Source: a virus
Lineage: Duplodnaviria > Caudoviricetes
Strand: one strand, 5' to 3'
Length of the DNA: 35,827 bases
IMG/VR virus record: IMGVR_UViG_3300030376_005739
Span: 1-35,827 of that record
The position numbers and the translations under genes are program-made. The number at the start of each line of letters is the position of its first letter. Positions within the stretch are counted from its first letter, which is position 1. Of the stretch, positions 16,624 to 25,659 are shown piece after piece. The notes under the pieces are model-generated. The model saw only the letters and a list, made by a program, of their open reading frames with translations, was not told the origin of the DNA and did not search any database.

Positions 16624-18168
16624 TTATTTTTTCAGAATAGATCCTGCTGTTTGGGTCTTTCTGCGCTTGTTTAGACTATCGTTTTGAAACAAAGCAGATT
16701 GCAGATTCTTTTGGGAACGACGCAGATCGTTTTGCTCTGCTAGTTCACGCGTTCTTTCTTTTTGTAAGGCATCAAGGTTACTTTCTGCTGATGCTAAAGC
16801 AGACTCACCCTCAGGGGTTCTGCCATTACTCTGCAACGCATAACGCGCTTGTGTAACTCTGTTTTTAGCATCTTTTACTTCTCCAGATATGCGTGTGAGG
16901 TTTTGGTTGCTCGTTAGAAGCAACAGCTTCAAATCGCCCTGTCTTTCCTTGAGCGAAGCGCGTGTAGTTTTATCTGCCGCTAAATCTCTTGCTAGTTTTT
17001 GTCCTTCTTCTGCAATGAACAGTTTAGCAAACTGAATGTCTTCTAAAGAACTAAGCCTGTCTGCTGCGGCATTCATTTTTCCGCCTGCTATTGACCGTAA
17101 AAGATTGTTTCGGTTTCTTGCTACCAACTTGCGCGTTGACTCTCTATTTGCTGCTTGTTGTGCTCTTTGTGTTAGTCGTGCGTCTTCTATTTCTCTTTGC
17201 TGCTTCTGTTTCGCCGTGAAGCGCCTCATGCGGTTTTCAGCTTCAGCGGCTTTCATTCGATCACGTTGAACAGTGCCCTGACGACCGAAGAACTGACGAG
17301 CCAGGTTGATATTCTGTTGCATTTCGGCTTGAGCAGTTACGGGCTTGCCGCTCATTGCTTCGCCAAACGTTCGGGGACCAATAGGCTGCGAGGCTGCCAT
17401 CATTGCTTGCAACGCAGCTTGATTGTAAAGGCTATCAACTTCACCAGATGCTGCCGATTGACGTGATCTAAGCTGCCCCATTTTACGAAGCATTTCCTGA
17501 CGCTGTTCTGCTTCTGCCCTTTGAGTTCTAAGCATTTCCTGACGCTGCTCTGCTTCTGCCCTTTGAGTTCTTATAGCTTGGATCTGCTCTGCTGATGCGC
17601 CAGGGTTTTGCTGCCTCAACGCAATCAGTTCTGCACTATCAGTAGCCTCTGCTCCTGCAACTAACGGGCGCCCTTGCATGTCACGACCACCAGCAATAGC
17701 AGCAGCAGTAGCAGCAGCCTGACGACGCAGCAACTCAGCTTCTGGGTCTGTCGCTTCAGCGCCGGGAGTCAACTGACCGGCCTGTGCCATTCGAGCAATA
17801 TTCAAAGCACCAAGGTTTGCCTCGATGCCTTCCATTCGCCCAGCCAACTGAGCTCGTTGGTCCTGCCTGATTGCGCCCATCTGATCGGCTTCCGCCGCTG
17901 CTTGAGCGATCGCTGCTCGTTGCATGTCGGTCGCTGCGGCGTTCTCCTGCATCTGAAAACGCTGATTCAATGCACTATTTATTAGACCACGAGCTTGCTC
18001 TTCGCCTATGCCTAAATCGGTAAGATTTTCGAGCGTTAGCGTGTCATCAATCTCAATGCCGCTTTCAGCCGCTTGCATTCTGCGCATCGACAAAGAGTTG
18101 ACAATGCCACGAGCAGCGTCTTCAGCGACGCCTAAACCTACTAATGTGCCAAAGTCGATGCGGTTCAT
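16624..18168 (-). CDS. Internal virion/ejection protein, coiled-coil
   Basis: 514 aa, A/Q/R-rich with internal repeats; position in the cassette. Confidence 0.65.
   Translation of the reverse strand: MNRIDFGTLVGLGVAEDAARGIVNSLSMRRMQAAESGIEIDDTLTLENLTDLGIGEEQARGLINSALNQRFQMQENAAATDMQRAAIAQAAAEADQMGAIRQDQRAQLAGRMEGIEANLGALNIARMAQAGQLTPGAEATDPEAELLRRQAAATAAAIAGGRDMQGRPLVAGAEATDSAELIALRQQNPGASAEQIQAIRTQRAEAEQRQEMLRTQRAEAEQRQEMLRKMGQLRSRQSAASGEVDSLYNQAALQAMMAASQPIGPRTFGEAMSGKPVTAQAEMQQNINLARQFFGRQGTVQRDRMKAAEAENRMRRFTAKQKQQREIEDARLTQRAQQAANRESTRKLVARNRNNLLRSIAGGKMNAAADRLSSLEDIQFAKLFIAEEGQKLARDLAADKTTRASLKERQGDLKLLLLTSNQNLTRISGEVKDAKNRVTQARYALQSNGRTPEGESALASAESNLDALQKERTRELAEQNDLRRSQKNLQSALFQNDSLNKRRKTQTAGSILKK
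17488..17571. repeat. 42-bp in-frame tandem duplication
   Basis: aagcatttcctgacgctg(t/c)tctgcttctgccctttgagttct twice with 1 mismatch; encodes RTQRAEAEQRQEML twice. Confidence 0.95.
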
Positions 18169-18449
18169 TACTGTGTTCCTGACGGCATTGAGGACTGGAG
18201 CGCCGCAATATCAGCGTTGATTTGCTGCAACTCTTTCTGTTTCTTTTGCAGTTCCTGCATCATTTGCTGCAACGCCTGCTGCTTTTGGGCTGCGGTTACC
18301 GATGCTTTAGTAGGGACATTTTTCAGTCCCATCATCATAGCCTCTTGTGGAAGTTTAGCTAACGCAAAATCAGCCCATGACGCTGTAAGTTTATCGCCTA
18401 AGCCAGTTTGAAACTGTTGCGGTAATCCGGTGTATCGAATCTCAGCCAT
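18168..18449 (-). CDS. Small Gln-rich protein, probable internal virion protein
   Basis: 93 aa; AAGGT RBS; TAATG coupling to the next gene. Confidence 0.7.
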   Translation of the reverse strand: MAEIRYTGLPQQFQTGLGDKLTASWADFALAKLPQEAMMMGLKNVPTKASVTAAQKQQALQQMMQELQKKQKELQQINADIAALQSSMPSGTQ

Positions 18450-18458
18450 GATTTTACC

Positions 18459-19205
18459 TTACGATGAAAAGAAAATGTTAGGTTCTTGAAGAACGATTTC
18501 ATTGTTGAACGCTTCGTATTCTGCTGTCCCAGGATCGTACGCTCCCCGCTGCTGCTGCAACCAAGCAACGTAAGACCCTGTGGTTAGATAAGTCTTTTTA
18601 GCCTGCTCAATGCTGTCTACAATGCCCTGCATACGCTGCTGCCCTGCTTGCAAGTCCTGCTCAGCAAAGCCTAGCTGTTGGGCAGCTTGTTGCCTAAGAA
18701 TATTTGCTTCAGCCTGCGCCGATGCGTTCATCATTCGCTCGCGCTCCATGCCAGCAGTAAGTGCTGCCTGACGACCGCCGGCCTGCGCTGCTCCTGAGCC
18801 AAGAAGCCCAGCAGCGCCTGATCCTACCAAAGTACCAGCAGCCGGCGCTGCGATGCCCATACGCATTTGTTGGATTGCTTGCTGATTAGCAGCCTGCTGT
18901 GCTCGGATTGCATCATCGTAAGCACCAAGAACTGACTCACGACCAGACTGCACACCCATGCCAAGTTGACCAAGTGCTTGCTGTTGAGCAGATCGGCTTA
19001 CTTGTGTCCCCAGAGTCAACTCTTTCGTATCAGACCCCGCCACACCGCCGCCAATATAACCGCCTAAAGCCCCGATAGTTCCACCAACTACCGCGCCTGT
19101 GGCAGTTCCTGCCCCTGGAATAATACTTCCAAGGCCAGCGCCGATGGTAGCCCCCGTAGCAGCTCCGGCGCCCATTCCTGCAAACTTTGATTTGACTTTT
19201 GCCAT
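18459..19205 (-). CDS. Glycine-zipper DNA ejection/pilot protein, putative
   Basis: N-terminal GxxxG run (GAGAATGATIGAGLG...GGTIGALGG) and Q/A-rich body. Confidence 0.7.
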   Translation of the reverse strand: MAKVKSKFAGMGAGAATGATIGAGLGSIIPGAGTATGAVVGGTIGALGGYIGGGVAGSDTKELTLGTQVSRSAQQQALGQLGMGVQSGRESVLGAYDDAIRAQQAANQQAIQQMRMGIAAPAAGTLVGSGAAGLLGSGAAQAGGRQAALTAGMERERMMNASAQAEANILRQQAAQQLGFAEQDLQAGQQRMQGIVDSIEQAKKTYLTTGSYVAWLQQQRGAYDPGTAEYEAFNNEIVLQEPNIFFSS

Positions 19206-20800
19206 TACTGTTTCAACCCCATTTTGCCAATAATGTAGACGTTGAAGCCTGCATTACTAAGAATGAAATCCGTTGCTAGGCCGGTGTCCCATGTAGCACC
19301 TGTGCCTTTTGTATAAGTCAAACGAACCTCAATGTAATTTTCTAAACCACCTGTTGCTGGAGCAGCCTCTGCTAAAGAAGCGCCAACGCTACTTGCAATG
19401 TTTGCTCTGGCTACCGTACCATCGTAGGTTAGTTGGCGACCAAAATAAACTGGTCTTCCCTGAGTAACGTAGCCTTTACCCGCAACTCCGCCTGCTGCCG
19501 AGTAAACAAGCGGGATTGCCCAAAGACGATTTTGCAACAAGTTCCCTGTTGAGCCCGTCAGCAACGTAGACCCATGTGCAACCTGTTGATAAGTCGGACC
19601 AGGCACACGCACCCCTCGGTACAAACCAACTCCGATTTCAATGCGGCGGTTGCTAAGTGCTATAGCGCCAGGGCTTTTGCGTATGTAATCATTGATACCA
19701 GCAGCCTCAACCAACACATGATGAATCGTGCCGGGGTAGGAAATAGGAATAAGCGCACGATCCCATAAGGTGTTACCGCCTGCGTTAGGATAGGCAACTT
19801 GCCACTTAGCTACGTTGTCACCTTTGATAATGCCATCGTTGCCTAGCTTCATTAGATTTACACACCAGCAGAAATAACTGCTGTCTTCTAGGATCTGCTC
19901 TTTGCGATCGGTAGCAAAAGCTACGTCTGCCTGATACCGCCCAGCTCTGCCGCCAACTAACTTGTTGCGAAACTTGGTGTCTAAACTTTCGATTTGAGTC
20001 TGCACGCCTGTAACAGCAACATCGGCCTGTATAATGGTGTCCGCAACAGGAGCCGTTATTGCTACAGTGTCGTTGTCTTTGCTGTATAAAGCGGTAGCCG
20101 GTGCGTTCTGAGCGTCTACTGGGGTGCCACCATTGAGTGCTGCACCCAATACAGCAGCCGTATCACGCTGCACAACTGGATGAGAAAAGTTCGCTCGGAT
20201 GAGCACCGACATCAATGGCGCACTGGTACTGTCAATGTGCCATTCATATATAGAAAACCTATCCATAGACACGCTAAGATCACGCAGGATCGTAGGGTTT
20301 CTAGTGTTGAAACCGCCAACGATTTCTTCGCCGGTAATAACAACCTCTGCCATAAGAATCTTTTCAGGAGGCGGGCTAGATGTGCCAGGGTTGTTTGTTA
20401 GCTTGTACAGATACAAACTAACGCCGTTCATATCTCCCGCAACTGGCAAACCTGTAGCAGATCCAAGCATCTTGCTTTGGTTCATCAGGTCGAAACTAAA
20501 GCTAATAGAATCAAGCGTAACACTTGCAGTGTTTTCGTCGCTTACGAGTTTATCATTCCACTCATCTTGCAATGGCGGCAAAGTAAAATGCAATGACTCG
20601 CCCGAACTCGTACCGATCGCTGCTCCAGCAGTTTGCGCATAAAACCAACTAATACTGAATGGTGATTCAGCTTGGTTGCGTTGGTCCTTTGTAATGTTGC
20701 CACTTAGTTGCGTTGCAACTGACGAAAGATTGCCAGCAACATGTGATGGTTCAATCGCAACGCCAAGTGGCAACTTTTTGTCGTCTGTAATCTTACTCAC
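19205..20800 (-). CDS. Tail/virion structural protein
   Basis: Start moved to GTG 20800 (MSKITDDKK), overlapping the upstream stop; beta-rich composition. Confidence 0.7.
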   Translation of the reverse strand: MSKITDDKKLPLGVAIEPSHVAGNLSSVATQLSGNITKDQRNQAESPFSISWFYAQTAGAAIGTSSGESLHFTLPPLQDEWNDKLVSDENTASVTLDSISFSFDLMNQSKMLGSATGLPVAGDMNGVSLYLYKLTNNPGTSSPPPEKILMAEVVITGEEIVGGFNTRNPTILRDLSVSMDRFSIYEWHIDSTSAPLMSVLIRANFSHPVVQRDTAAVLGAALNGGTPVDAQNAPATALYSKDNDTVAITAPVADTIIQADVAVTGVQTQIESLDTKFRNKLVGGRAGRYQADVAFATDRKEQILEDSSYFCWCVNLMKLGNDGIIKGDNVAKWQVAYPNAGGNTLWDRALIPISYPGTIHHVLVEAAGINDYIRKSPGAIALSNRRIEIGVGLYRGVRVPGPTYQQVAHGSTLLTGSTGNLLQNRLWAIPLVYSAAGGVAGKGYVTQGRPVYFGRQLTYDGTVARANIASSVGASLAEAAPATGGLENYIEVRLTYTKGTGATWDTGLATDFILSNAGFNVYIIGKMGLKQ

Positions 20801-21632
20801 GCAACTGTTCCCTGTATACAATAACGAAGGTAGGTTGACCGGGGTGCATCGTGTTCGAGCCGCCGTCTGATTCCCACGACTTATTGCCCGCTGATGCTGC
20901 CGTGTCAGGACGAGCAAACGCCAAACGGAAACGCACACGAGCGAACTGATGGATTGGTAGGTTCAGATCTTTGCGCTCAATAACATAAGATGGCTCAACT
21001 GCTGTACCATCTTTCAGTTTAGTTGGAGGGGGGGGCACCATATCAACCGTAGGAGCAACTGCGTTGTTCAAGCCTTTTGCGTGCCATATTGTAGGATCAA
21101 ACTGTCGGTAATGAATCTCTTTAGAGTTCATTGTGCGATCTTCTGGAGCGTAAATGTTATCAGTATCAATCAGGATCTGTAACAACGAAGCCTCAGCAAA
21201 AGTTGACGCTGATGGACCAGTTAGTTTGATTGGCCACTTTTCCCAACTATCAATGTGTACAGCAACGCTATCAATAATCACTGGACGATCAAACAACGTG
21301 CTAACAGTCCACATTCCACCGTCTACTGTTGGGTATGTTCCAACGTTTGTTTCGCTGGCAACAATGCCTTTAGCTCGGAATATCGGGTTTCCTGAAGCGT
21401 CGGCTAGATTGTAGTTCAGCCAAGGACTGCTTGTGTCGATTGGCGATCCCGCTACTACTTGCTGCGGGTATGCACCTAGAATCATAAACTGAGGGGCACG
21501 GGGCTTTGCAACGGCCTCAATCGGTAACTCATTGTTATACTGAACAATATCACTGACAGCTTTAGCAACCCTTGAACCATCAATGGTTGATCCATCACTA
21601 AACTGTTCCGTTGTAATCTTACGAGTAGACAT
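20793..21632 (-). CDS. Tail/virion structural protein
   Basis: 279 aa, coupled; N-terminus resembles that of the downstream gene. Confidence 0.7.
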   Translation of the reverse strand: MSTRKITTEQFSDGSTIDGSRVAKAVSDIVQYNNELPIEAVAKPRAPQFMILGAYPQQVVAGSPIDTSSPWLNYNLADASGNPIFRAKGIVASETNVGTYPTVDGGMWTVSTLFDRPVIIDSVAVHIDSWEKWPIKLTGPSASTFAEASLLQILIDTDNIYAPEDRTMNSKEIHYRQFDPTIWHAKGLNNAVAPTVDMVPPPPTKLKDGTAVEPSYVIERKDLNLPIHQFARVRFRLAFARPDTAASAGNKSWESDGGSNTMHPGQPTFVIVYREQLRE

Positions 21633-22210
21633 TAGGGCACCTCGCCAACAACAGTTACATTGTTATGAGCACGACCAGTCAGGTTTACACATCCAGTCAC
21701 GTCAGCGTTTGCACCGGCTCCGGCATTGTTTACAACAAAACCAGAACTTTGCGAGCCATGAAACATGCAGGATACAATGTTTATTTGACCGCCCGATTCA
21801 ACTTCAATGTATTGGTCAGTAGCACCGCTTTGTGTTCCGTCGCTTTTCACCACATGACATCCGTCTAAAATACAGTGTGCTGTAGATCGCACAACAATAG
21901 CTGGCTGATTGCCCTGACAGATAAACGTCATGTTACGCAGGATTGCAGTGCCATCAATAGTTACCTGTGTGTCTACAACAGTGCCGGGAACCCCGCTCGT
22001 AACAGATCGGCTTGATGCCAACGAAAAGCCAGGGCGGCGCCCCTCGCCAATGACAGCGCCAAAGTCTTCTGTTGTGCGCTCGATAAACTGGTCGCCACGT
22101 AGAAAGACAAACCTAGCCACTAACTTCTTTAGGTTTTCTAGTTCAGTCTGAACATCTTGGAACACCCTCGATATGTTTTCACCAGTAACTGGCTCGCTTT
22201 CATAGGCCAT
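21632..22210 (-). CDS. Short beta-helix (pectin lyase-like) tail protein
   Basis: N-terminal coiled coil, then ILRNMTF, ILDGCHV, IVSCMF and VTGCVN repeats. Confidence 0.65.
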   Translation of the reverse strand: MAYESEPVTGENISRVFQDVQTELENLKKLVARFVFLRGDQFIERTTEDFGAVIGEGRRPGFSLASSRSVTSGVPGTVVDTQVTIDGTAILRNMTFICQGNQPAIVVRSTAHCILDGCHVVKSDGTQSGATDQYIEVESGGQINIVSCMFHGSQSSGFVVNNAGAGANADVTGCVNLTGRAHNNVTVVGEVP

Positions 22211-24882
22211 TATCGACCTTTCCTGCGGCGGTTGCCAGTTTCAAGGATGCCCAAACTAAGCCTGTGTATTGTTAGTTCGTCAGCTTTGTTTTCTGCGTAC
22301 CCATAAAGACCAACGGACACGTGCTCACCTCGGCTGCTTACACTGGTTACAATCGAGTTGAGTTCAGGGGAGTCAATCAAATACTTAGTATTGACGGCTG
22401 TAGTTGGAGCCCATTTAGCCAGTGAGTTGAATATGCGCCTGCCGTTTAGCATACGCTCACGCAGAAGGTTTGTTTGCTCTTGGCGCCTATTGCCAGGCGT
22501 TAGGTTTGCATAATCAGGATATTGACCACTCAGCCGCTTGTAATCGCTAACCGTATAGCTGTTGTACAAGTTGCTTGCTGACGACGTTTGCGCCTGCATC
22601 GTTGCGTTGATGCCGCGCACCCGTAGAACCTTGCCTTCGTTCAAGCCGATCTGGCCTGTTTTCATGCCCCACTCAACGCTAGACTCAAGCCGGTTGCTCG
22701 AAGTGCGATCTGCTGCGGCATACAGATGCTGTTGCTGCCATACCATGACACGAACACCCTCGGTCCCTGCACCCGCTTGATCCGTTGCTGTTGCAGCAAC
22801 AACCGTGAAATCGGTTCGGGCAGATGTACCAATAGGCGCTGATAAACGCAGCGTGTACAATGGTGCGCGATACTGAGTGATGTTGTTGAACAAGCCTACA
22901 CTAGCAGTAGTGTTCACAGTTGTTGCGGTATTAGTAATAGTCCACAAGCTGCGATTGCCAACTTCTGGATACAAACCGCACCCCTCAAAGGTAAACGCCG
23001 CATTCCAAGATAGGTTCAAAGTAAAACTATTAGTGCTCGGCAAAAGTGCAGGCGGCCAGGTAGCTGGCCTGAACGTTTCAAAATAAACCGGGAACTCATA
23101 AATAACCTTGGTTCCGTCATCTGTAGTGTAAATGTTCTGCGGTTTGTTGATGTAAAAGCAGTGATGATTGGACACAATAGCAGCAGTTGGATCAACAGAA
23201 TAAGTAAAGCGCCCCCAGCCATGCCGGCGCTCGTCTTCATTGTTGCATGACCGATCAGTAGATCCGCCACGGCCTAGTTCAGTGATGTAATATGATGAAC
23301 TTTGAGAGGCAGGAGTTAGCCCGTCCTCGTCTTCATCACGCAAGCCACCAACAATAAAGGTTCCTAAGCTATCAGAAACCATCTCTAAACACTGAATAGT
23401 TTGCCGGCTTTGGGGTTGGCCCCCTACTGATTTAGTCGTGGCTAACGGCCAAATGGACCACGCCTGATGACGAAACTGATAAACAAGTATGTGGTCGCTA
23501 TAAGCAACAAAAAGGGTTTCAGTTTGGGGTTCATAACTTACAGTAGGCTTGCCTTTGTGCTTGTAAATAACCTCTGGCTGTTTCTTGCTGCCGCCTGCCC
23601 CGTTGTTTGCATAGTAGTGCGTTGTGGGGTTGACGATGCCGCTGTCCCAATAGTCAGCAATCGGATCTGATAAATCCTGAACAGACTGCTGAGCTCCAGC
23701 AATATGGCACCCCTTGCTCGAAACCCAGCAAACGCCAAAGGGTGTTTCAGCAATAGATCGAGGACCAACGCAGCCTGTTCGTTTGCTAATGCGTACGTGT
23801 GTTACGCTGACTTGGTTTGCAAACGCTGCCCCTGCCCGATTGTTTTGCTGCATTTGGAGCAAGTGCGCTTCAGTCTTACTAAAGGCAAAGAGTTGCCCAT
23901 TGTGTTCGCCAATAGCGGTAATGTCGCCTTCGGTTTGTATCTCAGCAAAGTTGTCTGCCATGATAGCGCCTGGCTGCCCAACATCTGAGAAATATAAGAC
24001 ACCACGCAGAGCATAAACAATGCGCCCTTTGCATAGGGTCGCCGCTTGAGCACGTGGGAACTCTGATTTAGACAAGTAAGTAAACTGTTCACCATTCAAA
24101 CCACGCACGCCAGAAACAGGCTGCAACACTGAGCCTTCACAGTCTTTAGTTTTGTAGTTGGTTCCAACGACAAACGTAGAGCCCGTAAAGCTGTTTGGCG
24201 CTATGTCTGTACTGTTGAGCAACCTTTGCTTTGTTTTGGCTACATCAATGCCGTGATAAACAAACACGCCATACTCACCCAGCATAATAACAACTGAGTC
24301 GCCGATCTGCGCGAACGCTGCGTTCTCTACACCGCTATGGTATTTGAACTTGATGAAGTCATGTGCAACTCCAGCACCAGCTAACACCGTGGTTTCAAAG
24401 TGTGCATGTGACTTTGGTATATCACCGGCTTGGCAGTTCTCTGATGTGCGTAGCGTCAGTATTTCTTCCCACTGAGCGCCTGTTGTCAGATCGTAGATAG
24501 AAACAACGGCTGTTTTGGCTGCGCCGTGAACTGTTGCTAGAGCCGCATCACTGCTTGGATTTGGAGCGGGCGCATCGCTTTCACTGTATTGCACAGTTGC
24601 CTCGAACACGCTGATGATTTGGCGGTGCCCGAAGTTGTTGTTGTACAGGTAGCTGCCTAGATGGCGCTCGTAGCCCCCTGTTGCTTGCGTGCCAGCAGCC
24701 GATAGATCAGCCTTTTCCGCTGTGCAATCCTGCTGCGTAAGCTGACCAAAGCCTGGGCGAACCATAACCTGATGAGCACGCTCTGGGCGCCAAACGTTAG
24801 CTAACCACTCAACGCCTGAAGGGTCACGCAGGTCGATGCCCTGCTTAGGAAAGATGTCAATCTCTGGGTATCTAGACGCCAC
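22210..24882 (-). CDS. Tail hub/nozzle (P22 gp10 / tail tubular B-like)
   Basis: 890 aa, beta-rich; LYFSDVGQP, GDITAI, GCVGPRSI and LSDPI motifs; follows the adaptor; GTG start. Confidence 0.8.
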   Translation of the reverse strand: MASRYPEIDIFPKQGIDLRDPSGVEWLANVWRPERAHQVMVRPGFGQLTQQDCTAEKADLSAAGTQATGGYERHLGSYLYNNNFGHRQIISVFEATVQYSESDAPAPNPSSDAALATVHGAAKTAVVSIYDLTTGAQWEEILTLRTSENCQAGDIPKSHAHFETTVLAGAGVAHDFIKFKYHSGVENAAFAQIGDSVVIMLGEYGVFVYHGIDVAKTKQRLLNSTDIAPNSFTGSTFVVGTNYKTKDCEGSVLQPVSGVRGLNGEQFTYLSKSEFPRAQAATLCKGRIVYALRGVLYFSDVGQPGAIMADNFAEIQTEGDITAIGEHNGQLFAFSKTEAHLLQMQQNNRAGAAFANQVSVTHVRISKRTGCVGPRSIAETPFGVCWVSSKGCHIAGAQQSVQDLSDPIADYWDSGIVNPTTHYYANNGAGGSKKQPEVIYKHKGKPTVSYEPQTETLFVAYSDHILVYQFRHQAWSIWPLATTKSVGGQPQSRQTIQCLEMVSDSLGTFIVGGLRDEDEDGLTPASQSSSYYITELGRGGSTDRSCNNEDERRHGWGRFTYSVDPTAAIVSNHHCFYINKPQNIYTTDDGTKVIYEFPVYFETFRPATWPPALLPSTNSFTLNLSWNAAFTFEGCGLYPEVGNRSLWTITNTATTVNTTASVGLFNNITQYRAPLYTLRLSAPIGTSARTDFTVVAATATDQAGAGTEGVRVMVWQQQHLYAAADRTSSNRLESSVEWGMKTGQIGLNEGKVLRVRGINATMQAQTSSASNLYNSYTVSDYKRLSGQYPDYANLTPGNRRQEQTNLLRERMLNGRRIFNSLAKWAPTTAVNTKYLIDSPELNSIVTSVSSRGEHVSVGLYGYAENKADELTIHRLSLGILETGNRRRKGR

Positions 24883-24891
24883 CGATAACCC

Positions 24892-25659
24892 CTAATAAAG
24901 ATGCGTAACCGAAACACTGTTAAATGCGTCACGCAAACGCCCGCCCAGAAGAAATCGCACAAACGTGTCAGATAGTAATGCAATCTGCCGCTCGATTGGC
25001 TCATTGAGTACACCATCACGAATGAAATACCGCCGTGTTGCCAGAAGAACGAGCAACTCATGGAAGTTTTCGAGCATCCCGTTTTCTATGTTGGCATCAG
25101 CCGCCATGGTTTCCGGGTTTGTTGCACGGATCGGAAAATACTCGATAGTAAACTCGTCCGGGAAACGTGCGTTGAAATAGATAATATACCGTTGCAGCAT
25201 GTAGTTGGCGAGCGATGAACTGAGATTCAGCGGTGCGCCACTAGCAACGGGAACCATGCGAACCGTTCGGTCCCGGCTCATCTTACTAGCGCCCATGTAG
25301 ATGTTTGTGATCGTTTGAATCGGACCATAATAGGTAACGACAGGCGGACCAGCGACAACGTTTGGACCCATGAGCGGGGTATTTGCTGCCTTGCCTGGGT
25401 ACAGCAGCGCAGCGTCGTTTAGATCTAGCGATGCGTTGATTGGTTTCGCTGATGCCGGCTGAGCTGTATAGTTTGCAGCATTAGCAACGGTTAGTTCAAC
25501 TGTTTCAAGCAGCATATCAGGACGGTGCTGGCGCACAATGGCACGCCAATCATCAATCCCAAACTTGAGGTACTGATTGACTTGTGTGTCCGTTAGGAAC
25601 GTTTGATCTGGATCGTCGATGTAATCACGAAACAGTGTTTGTGCTTCTAGAAGGTTCAC
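24892..25659 (-). CDS. Head-tail adaptor protein
   Basis: MNLLEAQTLFRDYIDDP....TDTQVNQYL and FHELLVLLA; immediately after the portal. Confidence 0.75.
   Translation of the reverse strand: MNLLEAQTLFRDYIDDPDQTFLTDTQVNQYLKFGIDDWRAIVRQHRPDMLLETVELTVANAANYTAQPASAKPINASLDLNDAALLYPGKAANTPLMGPNVVAGPPVVTYYGPIQTITNIYMGASKMSRDRTVRMVPVASGAPLNLSSSLANYMLQRYIIYFNARFPDEFTIEYFPIRATNPETMAADANIENGMLENFHELLVLLATRRYFIRDGVLNEPIERQIALLSDTFVRFLLGGRLRDAFNSVSVTHLY

Noticed and set aside
20801-20938. N-terminal extension of the 577-aa ORF
   Set aside because: It overlaps the upstream gene; GTG 20800 fits the coupling pattern.
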